From: Raja brachyura
Taxonomy: Eukaryota
Reading direction: 5' to 3'
DNA length: 64,000 nucleotides
Assembly: GCA_963514005.1 (NCBI GenBank)
Contig: OY740816.1
Location: 17,794,001-17,858,000, forward strand
Shown here piece after piece: positions 62,268 to 64,000 of this stretch. Made by a program: the position numbers and the translations under genes. Numbering within the stretch: position 1 is the first letter of the stretch; every line of letters begins with the position of its first letter. Below the pieces are notes generated by a model. That model searched no databases, was not told where the DNA came from, and worked only from the letters and a program-made list of their open reading frames with translations.

Positions 62268-63129
62268 GTATCTTCTGGAGAGTCACTAGATGGTAAAATA
62301 AATGTACGGAATAAGTTGACAAATTGGAAACGGGATTGATGTGGCACTTTAAATATAAATAGGCTAGTACCCTGTTGACTCTTCCACCGCCCAACCCCAA
62401 AGAAAAACTGGTGTTTGCCTCCAGTATGGTGAGAAAACACTGGTTTGTTAATTTTATATTTTAATACTGCCATATTTAACATGAACATTGTTTAAGCATG
62501 GATTCAACGTAGATTTAACCAACATTGTATAAATCTAAATTAACTCCGCTTATGTCTCACTTGGTATTTTGTGCCAGACATTCGAATCATTTTGAGACCA
62601 CCAGGATTGTCGGCATAATTGACCCTAGGTTTGGTTAATTGTTTTAACAGCGTGAATGGGTCTCCAAGGATTTTCATCTGCAATGCAACCTGTGCTTGGT
62701 AATGTGAAGAGTATAGTTTGTAGTAACTTGTTATAAAATGCACATTTTCCAATAATTAGGTGAGATTTACAGCAAATTAACATATGTAATTGGGACTGCA
62801 GTGAATGTTGGATAGTTGGATCATTTGTCTTTTTAAAAGTGGCCAAAGTTTGTGTATTTACCCATTCCCATACAGAACAATTTTAACATTAAACATCTAG
62901 AGGCTGTTTGCTCCATTACTGATATATTTGATGTATTGGTTGCTCAGCCCTCACTAGTTACTGCAGTTAGTAATTTAGACAATGTTACAGACAACATAAA
63001 ACCTCAAGCACCATGATTACCTGAAATATCCTGTTTAGTCTTTAGTCTGCTTTCACTGATTGGCAGGCTTGTGCCATCGTCCTTTCCAGCTACTGATTAG
63101 CTTCCTTGCTTGCTCTGCAACTCTTTCAG

Positions 63130-63592
63130 GTTTACACCTTATGAGTCCTATGACTCCAGGTCTTCAATGAATGACCATGATCCGTACAGATCTGGCTACG
63201 GCTATGGTTACGGTGATTCTGGACCTAATTATAACGATTCCTATGGAGGTCACTATGACCACTACGACAACTCCTACGGGACTCGCAGAGATCAGTACCA
63301 CAACAGAGCATATGGTAGCCAACGGGGTCAGAACTGGTCTAGAGACTGGGCTCCAAATAGGAGAGCAAACTGGAATGACCCCTACATGCAGCCTGGAAGT
63401 TCCAGGCGGATGTCTGCACATTGGAATGAGATGCCAATGGGAGGCAGAGGCTACAATGCTGCCCCCTCCACCAGAAACCTCCCTTCGCTCTTCTCCCCAA
63501 ACATTATCCCAATGGACCTGTTCCGAGCTCAAGGCTCGGCAAGAGCGTTTGGTGGCAGACAGCGAAGGAGAGACAAGATTCGAACCAGAGGC
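63130..63592 (+). CDS. AKAP8: AKAP8-like paralog, coding exon 4 (gene continues beyond the window)
   Basis: 463 nt, phase 2-0, TTTCAG/GTAAGT; FTPYESYDSRSSMNDHDPYRSGYGYGY...HWNEMPMGGRG...LPSLFSPNIIP; ESYDSR and H-PYR-Y-Y-Y resemble recalled AKAP8. Confidence 0.9.
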
Positions 63593-64000
63593 GTAAGTAC
63601 CTTTCTTAAAAACAAAAGCGTTTTTATTTTACTCAGTGGCCAGTGGGTATAATTAGTGAAAGATCAAAAAAAGCCAAGTTGAAAATGCAGTGCCCATCAA
63701 CCTTTTTTAATATTAAATCAGGTTCTCATTCTGCTAACGTGCTTGACTATAAATATAATTTTCAGGGATTTTTCTGATCTGTGGAAGAATTTGTAGCTGC
63801 ATTTAGAATTTGAGTAAACGTTCAGATTTTAAGATGATTTAATTGTTTTCAAGCTTTGTGCGACCACCTTCAAAGTAATTCATTGCGTGCAGCATTTCAG
63901 TGTTTTAATTTGTTGCAACAATATAAAAGATTTGTTTTTCCTCTCTACTCTTACTTGCTCCATCCCTCAAAGCAATACCTGTTGTCCTTGGACTTTGCAG

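Overview
Eukaryotic (vertebrate) genomic DNA, most likely from a cartilaginous fish such as a skate or ray (inferred from the HE1/V-SINE-like SINEs and the CR1, Rex and Penelope repeat content). It holds three spliced genes, which I assembled by hand from splice sites and reading-frame phase. (1) The last two coding exons of WIZ (+) and a very long, repeat-poor 3' UTR. (2) A complete 13-coding-exon AKAP95-family gene on the minus strand (46667->21957; 1998 nt CDS, 665 aa), most like AKAP8L. (3) The first four coding exons of a second AKAP95-family paralog on the plus strand (from 48766), somewhat more AKAP8-like. The two paralogs are head-to-head across about 2 kb. They share exon phases, about 115 nt of intronic sequence, and an identical 18-bp YY1-type element 610-618 nt into intron 1. 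Introns are filled with decayed CR1, L2, Rex/Babar and Penelope retroelements, SINEs and MITEs. The most unusual non-genic signal is a family of short Penelope-pLTR-derived units. Their consensus carries a minimal hammerhead-ribozyme core, they often occur as palindromic pairs, and several are bracketed by 9-16 bp direct repeats. Most entries in the ORF track are spurious. Family and orthology calls rest on recalled protein motifs, not on database searches.
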